DNA from: the human T2T-CHM13v2.0 reference genome, Homo sapiens
Length of the DNA stretch: 64,000 bases
NCBI RefSeq assembly: GCF_009914755.1
Contig: NC_060934.1
Direction: 5' to 3' (one strand)
Below, one piece after another: positions 32,412 to 52,549 of the stretch; within the stretch, counting starts at the first letter, position 1; each line of letters starts with the position of its first letter. Both the position numbers and the translations under genes were made by a program. The notes beneath the pieces were generated by a model that saw only the letters and a list, made by a program, of their open reading frames with translations, was not told the DNA's origin and searched no databases.

Positions 32412-32766
32412 CATCGGTTCCCCAACCTTTTCAGCACCAGGGACTGGTTTCATGGCAGACCATTTTTCCACAGACAGTGGGGCTGGAGGGCAAGGGAGGT
32501 GTTTGGGATGAAAGTGTTCGACCTCAGCTCATCAGGCATTAGATTCTCATAAGGAGCACCAACCTAGATCCCTCACATCCCTCACATGTGCAGTTCACAA
32601 TAGGGTTTGTGCTCCTATGAAAATCTAATGTCGTCGCTAATCTGACAGGAGGCAGAGTTTAGGTGGTAATGCTCACTCGCCCGCTGCTCACCTCCTTCTG
32701 TGTGGCCTGGTTCCTAATGGGCCACAGACTGGTAGTGGTCCATGGCCTGGGGGTTGGGGACCCCTG
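32412..32766 (-). mobile_element. MER1B full copy, inverted
   Basis: ccccaaccttttcagcaccagggactggtttc...gggggttggggacccctg; flanks ctgtag(aa/gt) resemble an 8-bp hAT TSD. Confidence 0.87.
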
Positions 32767-32848
32767 CTGTAGGTAACAGAAAAGCAAAGAAGCCTTGTCC
32801 CTTTCTGCTTTCCAGGAGCTTGCAGACTACAATTTAGCAATTCCATAA

Positions 32849-33382
<534 letters not shown>

Positions 33383-34115
33383 TGACTGAGTACAGTTTAA
33401 GTAAGGACATGGATTGCTTATACTTCTTGGTAATTTTAATAGTCCTCTTCCTCTTACCTGTTCTCCATCTCATCACAATATTAGTGTCTTTTTAACAAGC
33501 ATTAGGAACAGAACCACCATTTAGGTCTTCAGTGAGTCACAGATATAAAACTGTGCCACAGTTAACGAGTAGAATACTTGGCATGCCTGACAATCAGAAA
33601 TCATAGTCATTGAATTTCTGAGCCATATGGCCATTTCCAGTCCTATCCTTTTAGATAGATAGACAGATAGACCAACTGATAAAATAAGACCCAGAAAATT
33701 TGAAGTTTGGCTGTGGTCATAAAAGCTAGTGTAGTCTATAGTCTGTAAGCAAGACTTTGGATTATTCTTCTTTGTATATCCAATGGCTAGCAGTGCCAGG
33801 CCCACAGAAGGTACAAAATAATATTCACTGAAGGAGAGGATGAGGGATTTGAATGCAGGAAGGCCAGTATTGTTTCAGTAATCCTATAAATGCCATTTTA
33901 AATAATTATTTTAAATTCCCTAATAATGGGAGATTATGCTAAACATCATTTTTAGCTATTCATGAACAACAAAGCAGTGCTCATATTAAGTTTTGGGAAG
34001 TGAGTTTTACTAAAACTTAGTAATAATAGTCTTCAGACTCTGTGATTTAGGCTGCCCAGTGCCCCCTTTTTTTTTCTAACTGGCTTTTAAAAAATAACAT
34101 TTAGTAGTAATATAA

Positions 34116-34590
<475 letters not shown>

Positions 34591-34813
34591 ATAAAAAAGT
34601 TTAAAGAGATGGAAACAAGAACCTCCATAGTCCAATCACCTAAAGATAACTATTATTTTATCTTTTTTTAGCGCACGCAAACACAATATCACCCTTAGCA
34701 AAATGGGAATCATATTCTATACATTTTTGCCTCTTCTTTTATCATGTTATGGGCATTGTCCCACATCATTACACATTAGAAAATAAGATCTAATGATATT
34801 ATTCATTGTATGA

Positions 34814-35593
<780 letters not shown>

Positions 35594-35911
35594 TAATACA
35601 TGTACATAGTTTTAAAAAGTCAAATTGTGCTGCAAAGTCCAACTTCCCCCCCTTCAAGGTCCCCTCCCTAAACTCTTTTAGCTGTTTATTCAGTTGTTTT
35701 CTTTTCTATTTCTAAATAATATGTTGATACTACATTTTTAAATAGGATTTTTACATTTTAAGCATTATCTATTGACTTCCTACTCCTACATGTAGATATA
35801 GCACATTTGCAATACTCACCACCCCATTCTCCTTTCCTCCATCCTCCCAATATAATTATCACCCCATTTGGTTAAACCAGTACTCATTCTTTACCTTATT
35901 AAGACCTTATA

Positions 35912-36355
<444 letters not shown>

Positions 36356-36671
36356 ATCTTTAGTATTATTCATTTGAATTCATTATTCAAGTTTTCCCTT
36401 CCTTTTGAAAATATGCTGTTTTCTGTTACTATTACTGTTTCTTCTCAAATTCTACAAGTTTTAAAAACTGAATATTATTTTTCCACGTGGTCAAACACAC
36501 AGCTCTTCTCTTCCATTTTTATCTCTTCCTAGAAACTCCTTCTCAGAGCCTCCCATCCTCTTCTTCTATTCTGTATTGGTTACTGTCTAGACCTCAGGCA
36601 CAGCTGTCCTTCTGGAACTTCCCTTCAGTTTTCTCTAGATCTCCTTTTTCTTGTTTATGCTATGTCCATTT

Positions 36672-36994
36672 CTTTCTTTTTTCTTTTTCTTTTTCTTTCT
36701 TTTTTTTTTTTTTTTTGAGACAGAGTTTCACTCATGTCGCCCAGGCTGGAGTGCAGTGATGTGATCTCGGCTCACTGCAACCTCCGCCTCCCAAGTTCAA
36801 GCAATTTTCCTGCCTCTGCCTCCTGAGTAGCTGGGATTACAGGTGCCTGCCACCACGCCCAACTAATTTTTATATTTTTAGTAGAGATGGGGTTTCACCA
36901 TATTGGCCAGGTTGATCTCAAACTCCTGACCTAAGGTGATGTGCCTCTGCCTTCCAAAGTGCTGGGATTACAGGCGTGAACCACTGCACCTGGC
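36672..36994 (-). mobile_element. AluS
   Basis: Antisense dimer; TSD ccatttctttctt. Confidence 0.9.
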
Positions 36995-37765
36995 CCATTT
37001 CTTTCTTGATTTACTGTCTCACATTGGTTTTTTATTTTTTATTTTTTACGTCATCCAGTAGCTTCTAGGAAAGGACACCTGGGGATGTATGGTTTTTTTA
37101 GACATTGCTTATCTGAAGCTATCTTTTTATTCTATACTGACACTAATTGAAGGTTTTACCGGATATAGAATTCTAGTTTGGAAATAGTTTTCCTTCGAAA
37201 CTTGATGGCTCTGCTTCTTTTTCTTCTCATTTCCAGTGTTGATCTTGAGTAGTCTGATGCCATATTGAATCTCAGTCCTTTATATTTAAACTGGAGTTCT
37301 TACAATTTCTTTATCCTCATTATTCTGAAACACTTGGTGTGGGTCTCTTTTAGTTATTCTGCTAGGTTCTTAGTAAGGGTCTTTTTGATCTGCAAAATTA
37401 TATCATTTGATTTTGGGAAATGATCTTATATTAGTTCCTCAATAATTTCCCCTTTTCCCCCTTCTCCATTTTTTCTGTTTTCTCAATTAGTCCCCCTGTT
37501 TTCTGTTCCATGTCTCACCTTCTACCTGGTGCCTCCTTCCAGAGCTTGTTTCTTATTGGTACTTCCTTCTAAAGCAACTTGCTCTTCAGCCTTTTCTGCT
37601 CTGCTTATATTTCCTTTTCTTCTGCTAAGAATCTGTTAATGAATCTATGCTTGATTTTAGCTGAAAGGCTGAGAAGCAATCTGTTAATGAATCTCAGACA
37701 GTTTTCTTTTCACCTCAAGATCATTTTATTCTACTTATTATATATTTTAGTTTTTATTTTTAATT

Positions 37766-38066
37766 CTTTTTTTTTTTAAATGGAGTCTGACTCTGTCGCC
37801 CAGACTGGAGTGCAGTGGTGCAGTCTCGGAGTCTCGGCTCACTACAACCTCCACCTCCTAGATTCAAGTGATTCTCAAGCGTCAGCCTCCCGAGTAGCTG
37901 GGATTACAGGTGTGCACCACCACGCCCGGCTAGTTTTTGTATTTTTAGTAGAGATGGGGTTTCACCATGTTGGCCAAGCTGGTCTCAAACTCCTGACCTC
38001 AAGTGATCCACCCACCTTGGCCTCCCGAAGTGCTGGGATTACAGGCATAAGCCACGGTGCCCAGCC
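37766..38066 (-). mobile_element. AluSx
   Basis: Antisense dimer; TSD ttttaattctt-like. Confidence 0.88.
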
Positions 38067-38069
38067 TAT

Positions 38070-38315
38070 ATTTAATTCTTAACCACTCTGAACACCTTGT
38101 ATTTCTTCATAACACTTACAATTAGTGTTAAAATCATAACTTATAATTAGTCACAATTATAATTAGTTAATTGTGTGATCCCTTGCCTAATGTCTTTCCC
38201 ACTACACAGGAAACTCCATGAGGACAAGGATTGTGTTGCATTGTTCACCATCATATATCTATTATCTAGCCTGGTGACTGGCACAAAGTTGGCACTCATA
38301 AATATTTAATAAGTG
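38070..38315 (+). mobile_element. L2 3' fragment
   Basis: aactccatgaggacaagga...ttgttcacca...ctggcaca...cactcataaatattt. Confidence 0.65.
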
Positions 38316-38514
38316 TATTAATTTGCATCTTTCTTTAATCAATATAATTTATTCTGTCAAGTGGACTGAAATAGGAATTTAACTTTTCCCACCTAACATC
38401 CCATTTATTGAATGCTCTTTATCATATATCATATACTACATATTGTCCTACCTATTCTTTTGCCAATAGTATACTGATTTATTTGTTGTAGTATTATAAG
38501 ACATTTTAAAATGA

Positions 38515-39135
<621 letters not shown>

Positions 39136-39575
39136 TCATTAGTTGTTTGAAAAAATATTCTGGCTATCTTCATCTGGTTCTTCTTTCACATGAAGTACAG
39201 AGTCACTTATTCAAGTTCTTTTTCAAAGACCTTTAAGATTTTGATTCAAAAACATAAATTAGTATGGAGAGAATTGACATCTTTATAATATATTTGGCCT
39301 CCCTAACCAGGAACATGTTATGGCTTCTCCATTTAGTCAAGACTTCTCTGGTGACCTTGGTAAAGTTTGTAGATTCTTCTTTCCCCAGTTTATGTCCATT
39401 TCTTGTTAGATTTATTCCTAAATATGTGTATGTTCAATTGCTAAAGGAAATAGGATTTCTCCCCACTATAAATTCCTTTTATCTCACCTAAAACTGGGTA
39501 AGTTTCCCTTTATTCCTACAATACAGTTTACATTATATGCCCATGACAAAATACTAGTGTTAGTAGTTCTCCTTA

Positions 39576-39915
<340 letters not shown>

Positions 39916-39934
39916 AAGAGCCAGCCATTTCAAT

Positions 39935-40410
39935 GATCTATTACTGTGTAACCATTTCCAAACTTTGTGGCTTAAACCGACAACCATTTTATTGTATCAC
40001 AATTTTGTGGGTTGTCCAGGGCCCAGCTGAACACCTCTTCTCACAGTCTCTCCTGTGGTTGCAGTCAGCTGCGGCTGTGGTTTGGATGTCTGGTACCATG
40101 TGGCTTCCTTTGACATGATACCTCAATCTCCAGGGCTTTCCTCATGACCTAGCTCTCCTGCAGGGTAGCTTAGACTGTGTACATGGCAGTTTAGATCTCC
40201 AAAATTGAAAAAAAAAAAAAAAAAAAAAAGAAGAAGAAGAAGCTTCAAAGCCTTTTTAGTGCCTGGGCATGGAAGTCCCAGATTGTCATTTTCTCTGCAT
40301 TCCGTATGTCAAAGCAGTCACAGACGAGATTCAAGGGGAGCAGACACAAGCTGTACCTCTTGATTGGAGGAGGAACATGTGAGGGGTGGCACTGTAAGGG
40401 ACTACCTTTG
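39935..40410 (-). mobile_element. MLT1 (MaLR) LTR, diverged
   Basis: ctattactgtgtaac...gtggcttaaa..acaaccatttt...cacaattttgtgggtt...agattcaagggga. Confidence 0.65.
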
Positions 40411-40544
40411 GAGATTAACTGCCATAATGGCATTTGTTCATTGGCCCTTGTCTTCTTCCTTTTCTTCTTTTATTCCAGGTAGCTACCCTAGACTTCAGTG
40501 TAGACTAAGTTCTTTTAAGCATGTTTGCACTTTTTTTTCTGTCT

Positions 40545-40672
40545 TTTTTTTTTTTTTTCCTTTATGTGGAGAACGGGACCTCGCTATATTGCCCAACTCC
40601 TGGGCTCAAGTTATCCTCCCATCTCTGCCTCCCTAAGAGCTGGGATTACAGGCGTGAGCCACCATGCCTGGC
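40545..40672 (-). mobile_element. FLAM_C
   Basis: Antisense monomer. Confidence 0.75.
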
Positions 40673-41366
40673 CATAAGCTTGTTTAATCCAGTCAAATTT
40701 CAGTACCAAATAACTATATTCATTGTCATAAATAGGAATCTGAAGGGGGTAGCAAGGGAAGCCTTTCTTTTAATGTTTCCATCTTCACATTTGTTTTCCT
40801 GGATGAAGTTTAACTCTTATGGACAGAAATACAGAGTTCACTTGAGCATGAAATACCAGACAAAGAGACAGGTGTAAATTGGCCCTGTTCTTCTGAACCC
40901 TGCCTGCCTACTTTCTAGGAAGGCTAGCCTTCCCCTCTTTTCCCCAGCATAAGTCCAACCCCTTCCCTCATTATGGTTTGTCATAAGAACTCTCTCTTAT
41001 ACTGGTGCAAGTGGAAAAAAGAGAGTATTATTCCTTTTCTTTTTTTCACAAAATACTTCTTCCTACCCTGGATTTGCTAACCTCTGGCTTAAATACGCAC
41101 CAAGCAAAGATGTATATATAGTCTTCCTCCCTTCCTCTCTCTCCCCTTAGTCTGAAGGAAAGCAGCAGGTGATGGAATGCATAAAGGATCGGGGCAGGGC
41201 TAGAGTCTTTTCTCACACACTATGGACGTTGCTCAACAGAATGGGTGTGAAATTTAGTCAGAGCCACAGCATGTGTTTCAGTTTTCCAGGGAATTTCCTC
41301 TTCCTAACTGTAGGTTTAACCCTTTCTTCTGTGTAGGGAATGCCAGGGGCTACCCAAGAAATATGA

Positions 41367-41854
<488 letters not shown>

Positions 41855-42218
41855 TGATCTTTTTGAATCTCCATTTTCTCATCTGCAAAATAATATAAAA
41901 ACTTGCCTTATAGTATTCTTGTGAGAATTACATGAGTTGATGTGTATAAGGTGCCTAGTACAATGCATACCCTCTCCACAGTATGCACTCTACATATGAT
42001 TATTTTCTTCTCCAGTCTTTACCTCTGGATTCTGAGGCTATCTACTCTTCTTTTGTGCCATGCCATGTTGGGTGTTTGCCATGGTAGCAGCTTTTCACTA
42101 AAGTTTGTTGCTTTTCTCCCCGAATCTAATTCCCTAAGTGCGTTACAGGGAGGAGTTATTTCACATGATATGCAGAATCCCTCTTGGGGTCCTCATTAAG
42201 CTAAAGGACAAGTCTCTA

Positions 42219-42545
<327 letters not shown>

Positions 42546-42564
42546 ATGCTGAGAAGGACTATAG

Positions 42565-42918
<354 letters not shown>

Positions 42919-43494
42919 TACACTTATAAGAGTTCTAAAATCATACAGTGTTAGAACTGAAATGAAGTATAGAGGTCACCTGGCCTATTTTATACGGAAA
43001 GAACTGTGGCTCGGAAAAGGTCATGTCATGCAAGGCCTCATAACGGAGTAGTGGCAGCTCTGGAACTAAAGATCTGTCTTACTTGTCTATTACTATGGTT
43101 ATAATTTAATTTTTTTGAACGCTATCTGAGTTCTAAGTGCTCAGGGCCTAGTATGCAAGTTTACGCCAAGTATGTAAACTTGCTTCTAAATTGGAATGCT
43201 GATCATACTTTTAGCAATGGGGAAGTAAACACTGTTGAAGACATTTCAATATCATTCCCTTGGGGAGTAACAGGGCTTCAATGAGAATATTATAAGCTAC
43301 CACCTGAAAACCTCATTTTTCTACAAAGGTTGCCCAAGGGGCACTGAGGTGGCAGTTCAGCTGGCTGTTGAGTCTCTGCTCCCAGACTGGTGAGTTGGGA
43401 AGCAAACTTGTTTCTTCTGTTCTTTCTTCATTCTCCCAAATAATACCAAGTAGGGGAAGCTCACCCCAAGCCCCCATCTGGCTTTCCTTTTTTT

Positions 43495-43860
43495 TCAACT
43501 TGAGGTATAATTAACATACAATAAAATATGCAGATGTTAGGTGTTCAGTTGGTAAGTTTTGATAATTGTATAAACCATGTAACCAGCATGAATAAAGAAT
43601 ACACAGAACATTTCATCTCCCCAGAAATATCCCCCATGCCTCTTTGAGTCCCCCAACCCCACACATATATACAAAACCATTTTCTATCACTATGGATAAG
43701 TTTTGTTTTTGGATTTCATATAAATGGAATCACACAGGATATACTCTTTCATAGCTAGCTTCTTTTAGCTTAGCATGTTTTTGGAATTTATCCATGTTGC
43801 ATATATCAGTAGTTTTTTTCTGTTTTGCTTTTCTGAGTGGTAGTCAATTGTGTGGATATA
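43495..43860 (-). mobile_element. L1M 3' fragment
   Basis: ttgaggtataattaacatacaataaa...atttcatataaatggaatcac. Confidence 0.75.
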
Positions 43861-45175
43861 TAAGGAGAAAAGGTAGAGGTTGGTGAAGGGCTTTCATCTG
43901 GCACGTAGCCTGACTACCCTTTGCTCAAGAGCATTTGGACCACCAGAGGCCCCCCTCCTTAAGATTAAGATGTTCACTTACCTGCTTTAAATGTACCACG
44001 TCACAGCATATACACTATTATGTAGCTATGTCTTGTAAAAGTCTCTAATCGGCATCCATTAGATGAGCCGAATTCTCCTGGCCAAGCCTTAGCCTCTCAG
44101 GGGGCTGGCACCAAACAGGGAGGCTGGAGTAGGGTTTCAAACACCTGTTTCAGCTTTTTAAGTGTCCGATTCAGGCCACTGTGCTCTGGCAGCAGGGATC
44201 CTCATGATGTGGCTTCTTCTCTCCTGCCAAATCCTCAACTTAAAGAACCTAGGCCCTTAGGGGAGGAAAATATAGAGCTGGTGGAGAGGGGAGGGGTGTG
44301 CAGCAACATTGAAGAACTGTTTCTTTTAAAGTTAAATGCACATCTACCCTGTGGCTGAGCACTTTCGCTCTTAGGTATTTAGTCAAGAGAAACAAACACA
44401 TTTACAAAGAGACTTTTATAGGAATGTATACAGCAGTAATAGTAAATAACTGGAAACAACTCAAATATCCTTCAATAAGAGAATGGATAAATTCTTTGGG
44501 AGTGAAGGACTTACAGAGGATTCTCTGGCGGCCCTCCTCTCTTTCTAGGAATCATTCTTGTTTCTATCCTTATTTCTTTCTGGATTTTTCTGAATTTGGT
44601 TGTGTTTTAAATGCCATGTAATGGAATACCCATTATTTGTAAGTTGATTGAGCATAAAGTATTTTATTATAAAGTGGTCATCCGTCACAAGAAGGCATGT
44701 GGCTGTAAAAAACATTAACTCTGCACTCTGGGCTGGAATGCAACTTTACCAGAATAATGGAGCTTTTGTATTAAGTGTGCAGTTGGGATAAAACAAGAGA
44801 CAGACAGACAGACAGTGTTGGGGAAACAGGTGTTGGCTGGGCCCAGCTTCTGTCCCATGTTTTGTGAAATTGTTTTCCAACCCTTTGAGGATTGCTCCTC
44901 CAGATTCAGCTGTCTTAAAGGTTCTGTCAGCACCTTTCGAGCAAATAAGGTGTGACTTTTCAGGGTACTGCTGCTTCCATAAGCTTTATTTGTTTACTGT
45001 CCAGCTCACAGACATGTCTAGAGACAGCAGTGGCAAGTGATTACCATACTTATCCTAGCTCCATCTATTTTTGACGCTTTTGTTTTCCCCATCAGTAAAA
45101 TGGGAAATATCCCTTATCATAAAGTTCTTGAGCCTTTTAGCATGAGGGTGGCTGAAACAGCATAAAGACTTCTTA

Positions 45176-45475
<300 letters not shown>

Positions 45476-46364
45476 GACCCCTTAGTCTTGTTGTCACTAA
45501 GAATTTATGATATGCTGCTGTAGTAACTATTTCCAGCTCTTGGGAAAACATTAACTCTGTACTCTGATAGTACAGTAAGTGAGAGTGAATAAGTAAGGTC
45601 CTATACACTGAAGGGATAGGGAAAGGTTACTTATCAGTCCTGTTATTGAGACTGGGGACTGTCTGATTCTTCTCCAGGAGCTTTGACTATTATCTCTTCA
45701 GGCTTTTTCATCATCTGTAAACTTTGCTAATGTCAGTTCAGAATTTAGTTCTTTTTAATTTCCTCTTTGTCTTTTTCAGGGCTGGTAGAGAAGACCTGAC
45801 ATAGTTATAATTGATAATAAACCTATAATGCTGCTGTTGAACAATGAAATTTTTTACTAGACTCTGAAAGGAATTTGTATTGAAAAAGCTGCTCCAAGTG
45901 TAATGACTGCATAAAGCTGGGGTAAATTGTTCTGTTGTCAAGTATACCAACAGAAGTTTTTAATTTCTCCTGGGCTTTCAGATTGCCTGCTTAAGTTGGG
46001 GCTTGGTCTTCTACAGTGCATGCAGAAAACAACAAGGCAGAGTGAAGGGCCACAGTAGCTCTGGTTTGTCTGTATGCTATAGCTGAATTGCTTGCCTTTC
46101 AATATGTGCCAATTTCCTCTAGAAAGAAGAGAACTAGTATTTAAGGTTGATACGCATCAAACTTGTGCTTTCAGTAAGACAGATGGATCAGTCTGTCCTT
46201 GGGTCTCTGAGATATGATTGAGGCCAGTCCCTGTGGGCCTCATTTATCCCTGCCAGCCTTGTTAAAGGGGCCTCACTCTCCCTCTTTGGATTAGGAGGGA
46301 ACCTAGGTAAACCTGACACTTAATTTGTATGGCAGTACTACAAGCAATAACTAACAATGTTTAG

Positions 46365-46731
<367 letters not shown>

Positions 46732-46788
46732 AAGTTTTAAATTTTTGTCATCCAAGTCATGCAGTTAATATATCTAGTAGTAAACTTA

Positions 46789-47125
<337 letters not shown>

Positions 47126-47159
47126 AGCCCCCTGTACCATAGCATGGTATAATATTGAA

Positions 47160-47345
47160 GAGTATAATACAGTGGCTTTGGAGTCACAATAGACCTGGAT
47201 TCAAATTTTATCTCTTCCACTTGCTGTGTGACCTTGGGTAAGTCACTTAACCTCTTAGAGCCTCGGTGTCCTTATCTGTAAAGTGAGGACAGTAACACTA
47301 TTTCCCAGAGTTATTGGGAGGATAAAATAAAATTATATATGGTAA
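47160..47345 (+). mobile_element. MIRb
   Basis: ggctttggagtc..agacctggattcaaat...gctgtgtgaccttgggtaagtcacttaacctc. Confidence 0.85.
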
Positions 47346-47370
47346 TTATGTTTAATAATATAATGTAGCT

Positions 47371-47675
<305 letters not shown>

Positions 47676-48644
47676 TAATATAATGTAGCTGTTGCTGATG
47701 TCTGAGGCAAATTAAGGTTGTTGTTCTGGCAATGAAATGGGATTCTTGTGAGGGTGGTAGATAGCAGCTCCTAGCAACAAGTTAATCTGGCTATTTAGCA
47801 GGAATGCCCAAGGTAGGAAACTCATTCCTCTTCTAATCAGGATTCATACATCATATTGGACAAAATCATACAATAAACTATTTTCCCATGTGTATGCTGC
47901 CTTTAAGTGCCTGTCTTATCTTTTGAAAGTGGAGGCTAAATCTGACCTGAGGCAGACCAGGGCAGCCTCACTCAGCAAGGAGACGATGGCAAAAATGACG
48001 ATTTCAGGAGCAGAGATTTACGGAAAGCAGCCTGCTCTGAGATACACATGCTGTTAGGGATTTTGACCCTGAAAAAATATATCCTCTTCCTATCCTCTCT
48101 CTAAGGAGAGGTTGAGCTGCTATAGGGATGGAGATGGGGGCAAGGTCCTGACAAAGGTGTTCAAGCCAGAGAGCATATATAGATGGCAAAAATAATTTTC
48201 TGTCATGGTCATCTTGAACCTTTTTGCACCAGGTATCTAGGGAGGAGGAGTTCTTACATAATCTCTGGGTTAGGTTGGGGCCTCATGAACATGATGCTCC
48301 ATAAAGTACTTATCAGTGGCAGTTTTGGAGAAAATATAAAATTATGATTTCTAATCCCTGGGGTTTTCAGACTTTAAATGTAACCTCAAGGTGTATACAT
48401 TCAGGAACTCCTCATGTTTAATCAGAGAGTTAAGGTTTGGGGTTTTGATTCATTAAAAAAAACAGATTGGGGCTGGGCACGGTGTCTCAAGCCTGTAGTC
48501 CCATCACTTTGAGGGCCAAGGTGGGTGGACTGCTTGAGCCCAGGAGTTCAAGACCAGCCTGGGCAAGAGAGAGAGAAGAAAAACAGGGTGGGTTGACCTT
48601 TGAGGGATTGATCAGCCAGAAAAGTGAACACTTTCCAAAGGGTT

Positions 48645-49130
<486 letters not shown>

Positions 49131-49350
49131 CTTCCCCTATACTTTAAATCATCTCTAGATTACTTGTAATGCCTAACTCAATATAAATACTATGTAAATA
49201 GTTATACCATATTTAGGGAATAATGACAAGGGAAAAAGTTTGTAGATGTTCAGTACAGATGCAACCATCCACTTAATTTTTCTGAATATTTTTGATCTGT
49301 GGTTGATCGTGTACACTGATGTTGGATCCACAGACACAGAGGGTCAACTG
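49131..49350 (+). mobile_element. MER2 (Tigger MITE) 3' part
   Basis: tatactttaaatcatctctagattactt...atgttcagtacagatgca...gagggtcaactg|ta. Confidence 0.82.
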
Positions 49351-49358
49351 TAATTTGC

Positions 49359-49656
<298 letters not shown>

Positions 49657-50439
49657 TAATTTGCCTTTTTCAATGTAAGTGGTTGGTACCATTATCTTCT
49701 ACTGCTGGCCCTAAGTGGATCTATGGATCCTGATTTTTACCTTGATGCAGCAATGATTAAGCCATAATCATACTTTGTCTCTTAAAAATCATAATGTCAA
49801 AGTTAATAGCCCCCTAAGTCTAGAAGCATCCTGAGAAGCTAAGAATGTGTTTGATAAAAAGAAGCAGATCTGAGAAACTGTTGTGTGATAGCTGAGAAAA
49901 GAGCCACTGTGAAGAGCTTAGACAAACAAACAGGACTTGCCTTCCCTCCAGGCTAGACTGTCTGCATTCATGTGCATTTACTTCCAAATGGTACTTTGCA
50001 TTTAGAATCATAAGTTTTAGGGACCTTAAAGAATCTAGTTAAATTACTATCACCACCACCACCTTCCCCAGGAAATCCCAATGGATGAGGAAACTATGGC
50101 CCAGAGAAATGAGGTGTTTTTGCCCAAGGTCACACAGTTAATGACAGAATCAGAATTGGGCCTAGTGCATTTCTTTATTTCATATCTCCTGTTGTATAGG
50201 GCAGGGTCTATCTGGGTTTGACCCTTAAGCCCAGGCTAGGAAATACAGGTATGGGACCTGTCCGTTGACAGTGTTTTCTGGAATCCGTTCCTGAACCAAG
50301 CCTAAATTCCCACCTGTCCATTCATAGGTCTGGAAAACTTTGAAGCTGATAAACGAAGGTATGGGAGGTTTGGCAGTTATTCCAGAGGCTTCTGGCTTTG
50401 CCAAAGTTTAGCTTTGATTATTCTTTGGACCACTACCCC

Positions 50440-50699
50440 TCTTTTTTTTTTTTTTCTTTTTGAAACAGGGTTCCACTCTGTTGCTCAGGGTAGAATGCAA
50501 TGGTATGATCAGGGCTCACCTCAGCTTCCTGAGTAGCCAGGACCACAGGTGCGCATGCCTGGCTAATTTTTTCATATTTTGTGCAGCTGAAGTCTCACTA
50601 TGTCGCCCAGGCTGGTCTCGAACTGCTGGGCTCAAGTGATTCTCCCACCTCAGCCTCCCAAAGTGCTGGGATTACAGGTGTAAGCCACCACACCTGGCC
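50440..50699 (-). mobile_element. AluJ with deletions
   Basis: Antisense, right arm shortened. Confidence 0.82.
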
Positions 50700-51539
50700 T
50701 GGACCACTACTCTTGATGTCCTCTAGTGACCAAAAAGAACACAGCTTCTTCCTACGGAGCTTACCATACATCAGACATTTTTGTAGATCACTATCAATCT
50801 TGACTTTTGCAAGAAATATATTCCTGGGGTGTACAGCATAGTCAGAAAAGTAGCATATGAGACCTAACACTTTCTCCTAAAATGGAATGTACAGATACAG
50901 ACAGAAAAGCCTAAAACCAAAAAGCTTTTGTCGTCTGTCTCTGGATACAGAAATGTTAGAGGGGTAAATGAACTAATTTCTTTTTTTATCATGCTATGAT
51001 TTATTAGTCTGTTATACATGATCCATCTTGTGAATGATGGCATTCTGTCTCCAGGAACATGGGCCAATATTTGCAGGGTAAAGAACATGCATGGGAGCAG
51101 GCTGGTGACCCTCTAGAAAGCAAGAAGAGAGAAGTAGACTCTGAGGGCAAAAAGGTCGAGACAGGCATTTCTGAAGCCAAATGGTGTTGAAATAACATAC
51201 CGCAGGCCTTTTTCCTTGTCAGCGTAATCCAATTGAGAATGCCCAACTGCCCCTGATAAGAGTCACTCAGGAGTGAAGAGCTTTGCTACCAGGGAAAGCA
51301 GCTTATGTGTGCATTTTGGCTCAGGAATGTGCCAGCCCAATGCTGGCCAAATGAGAAAAGGCTGCTGCGGCCTGGAGAACACAGCCTCCTGGGAGGATGG
51401 TGGCTGTTCCCTTGTAGCTTAGGAGAGTATTCTGTTTTGTCCAAGGGCAGTGCTTGAGGCCACATGTTGAGGCCTTTGACATAGATTATCAGAGATGGTA
51501 GCAGCTCTGACATGAGAAGAGAAAATAATGTCAAGATTC

Positions 51540-51838
<299 letters not shown>

Positions 51839-52549
51839 TCAAGATTCATCCCCATTTTGGAGAGGTCACCTCATCATTTGGGAAGACAAGAGGTGTGGGA
51901 CATCTGCAGATTCTCAGACAGACATTGGGCCAAATTGACACTTCTGTTTTAATGTCATAATATGGGGAGTGAAGCACCCTGCCCAGTCGTATTGAGTACA
52001 GTATGAGCAGACCACCACCAAGACATCTCCAAAGGGCTTCACTTTGCTTTGGGTTGAAGTGACTCATGAGCCTCTCCAGAAATAATTTAATAATTCTTGT
52101 TGTAATTTGTCACTGACTGTCCAGAAATTGGATCCGGATTTGATTCTGGAAGGATCCGAAGTGTTTTCTCCAATGGGGGGTTAGATTTCCCCTCCTTGTG
52201 CCCTTTTTCCCCCAGATGACTGGCTCATCTTAGAACATGGACCAGTCACCTTCAGAGCACCTCTCTACCTAATCTGCACTCTGTGTTTACTGGACTGTTT
52301 GTGCCTTGAGGTTGACAGTCTTCCAGGGCGGGAATTTTGGCTGCTTGGCTGGGGTGTCAGATGTCTCCTTGGTTGTGAAATTATTCAGCCTGCTTACTAT
52401 GAGCAGAATCATGGCACTTTTCTCCTGAAGGACTCAGGCAGTTTTCACTCTTCTGGAGAAGATCCAGACAATTGAATCTCAGTTCCCAGCCAGGCTGAAC
52501 CGTGAGATAGGACACCAGAAACCTTTCTGTTCTAGCCTTGTAGGAAGCA

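Noticed and set aside
43155-43183. 10-bp stem hairpin gcaagtttac/gtaaacttgc
   Set aside because: Too short for a pre-miRNA or snoRNA and has no supporting motifs.
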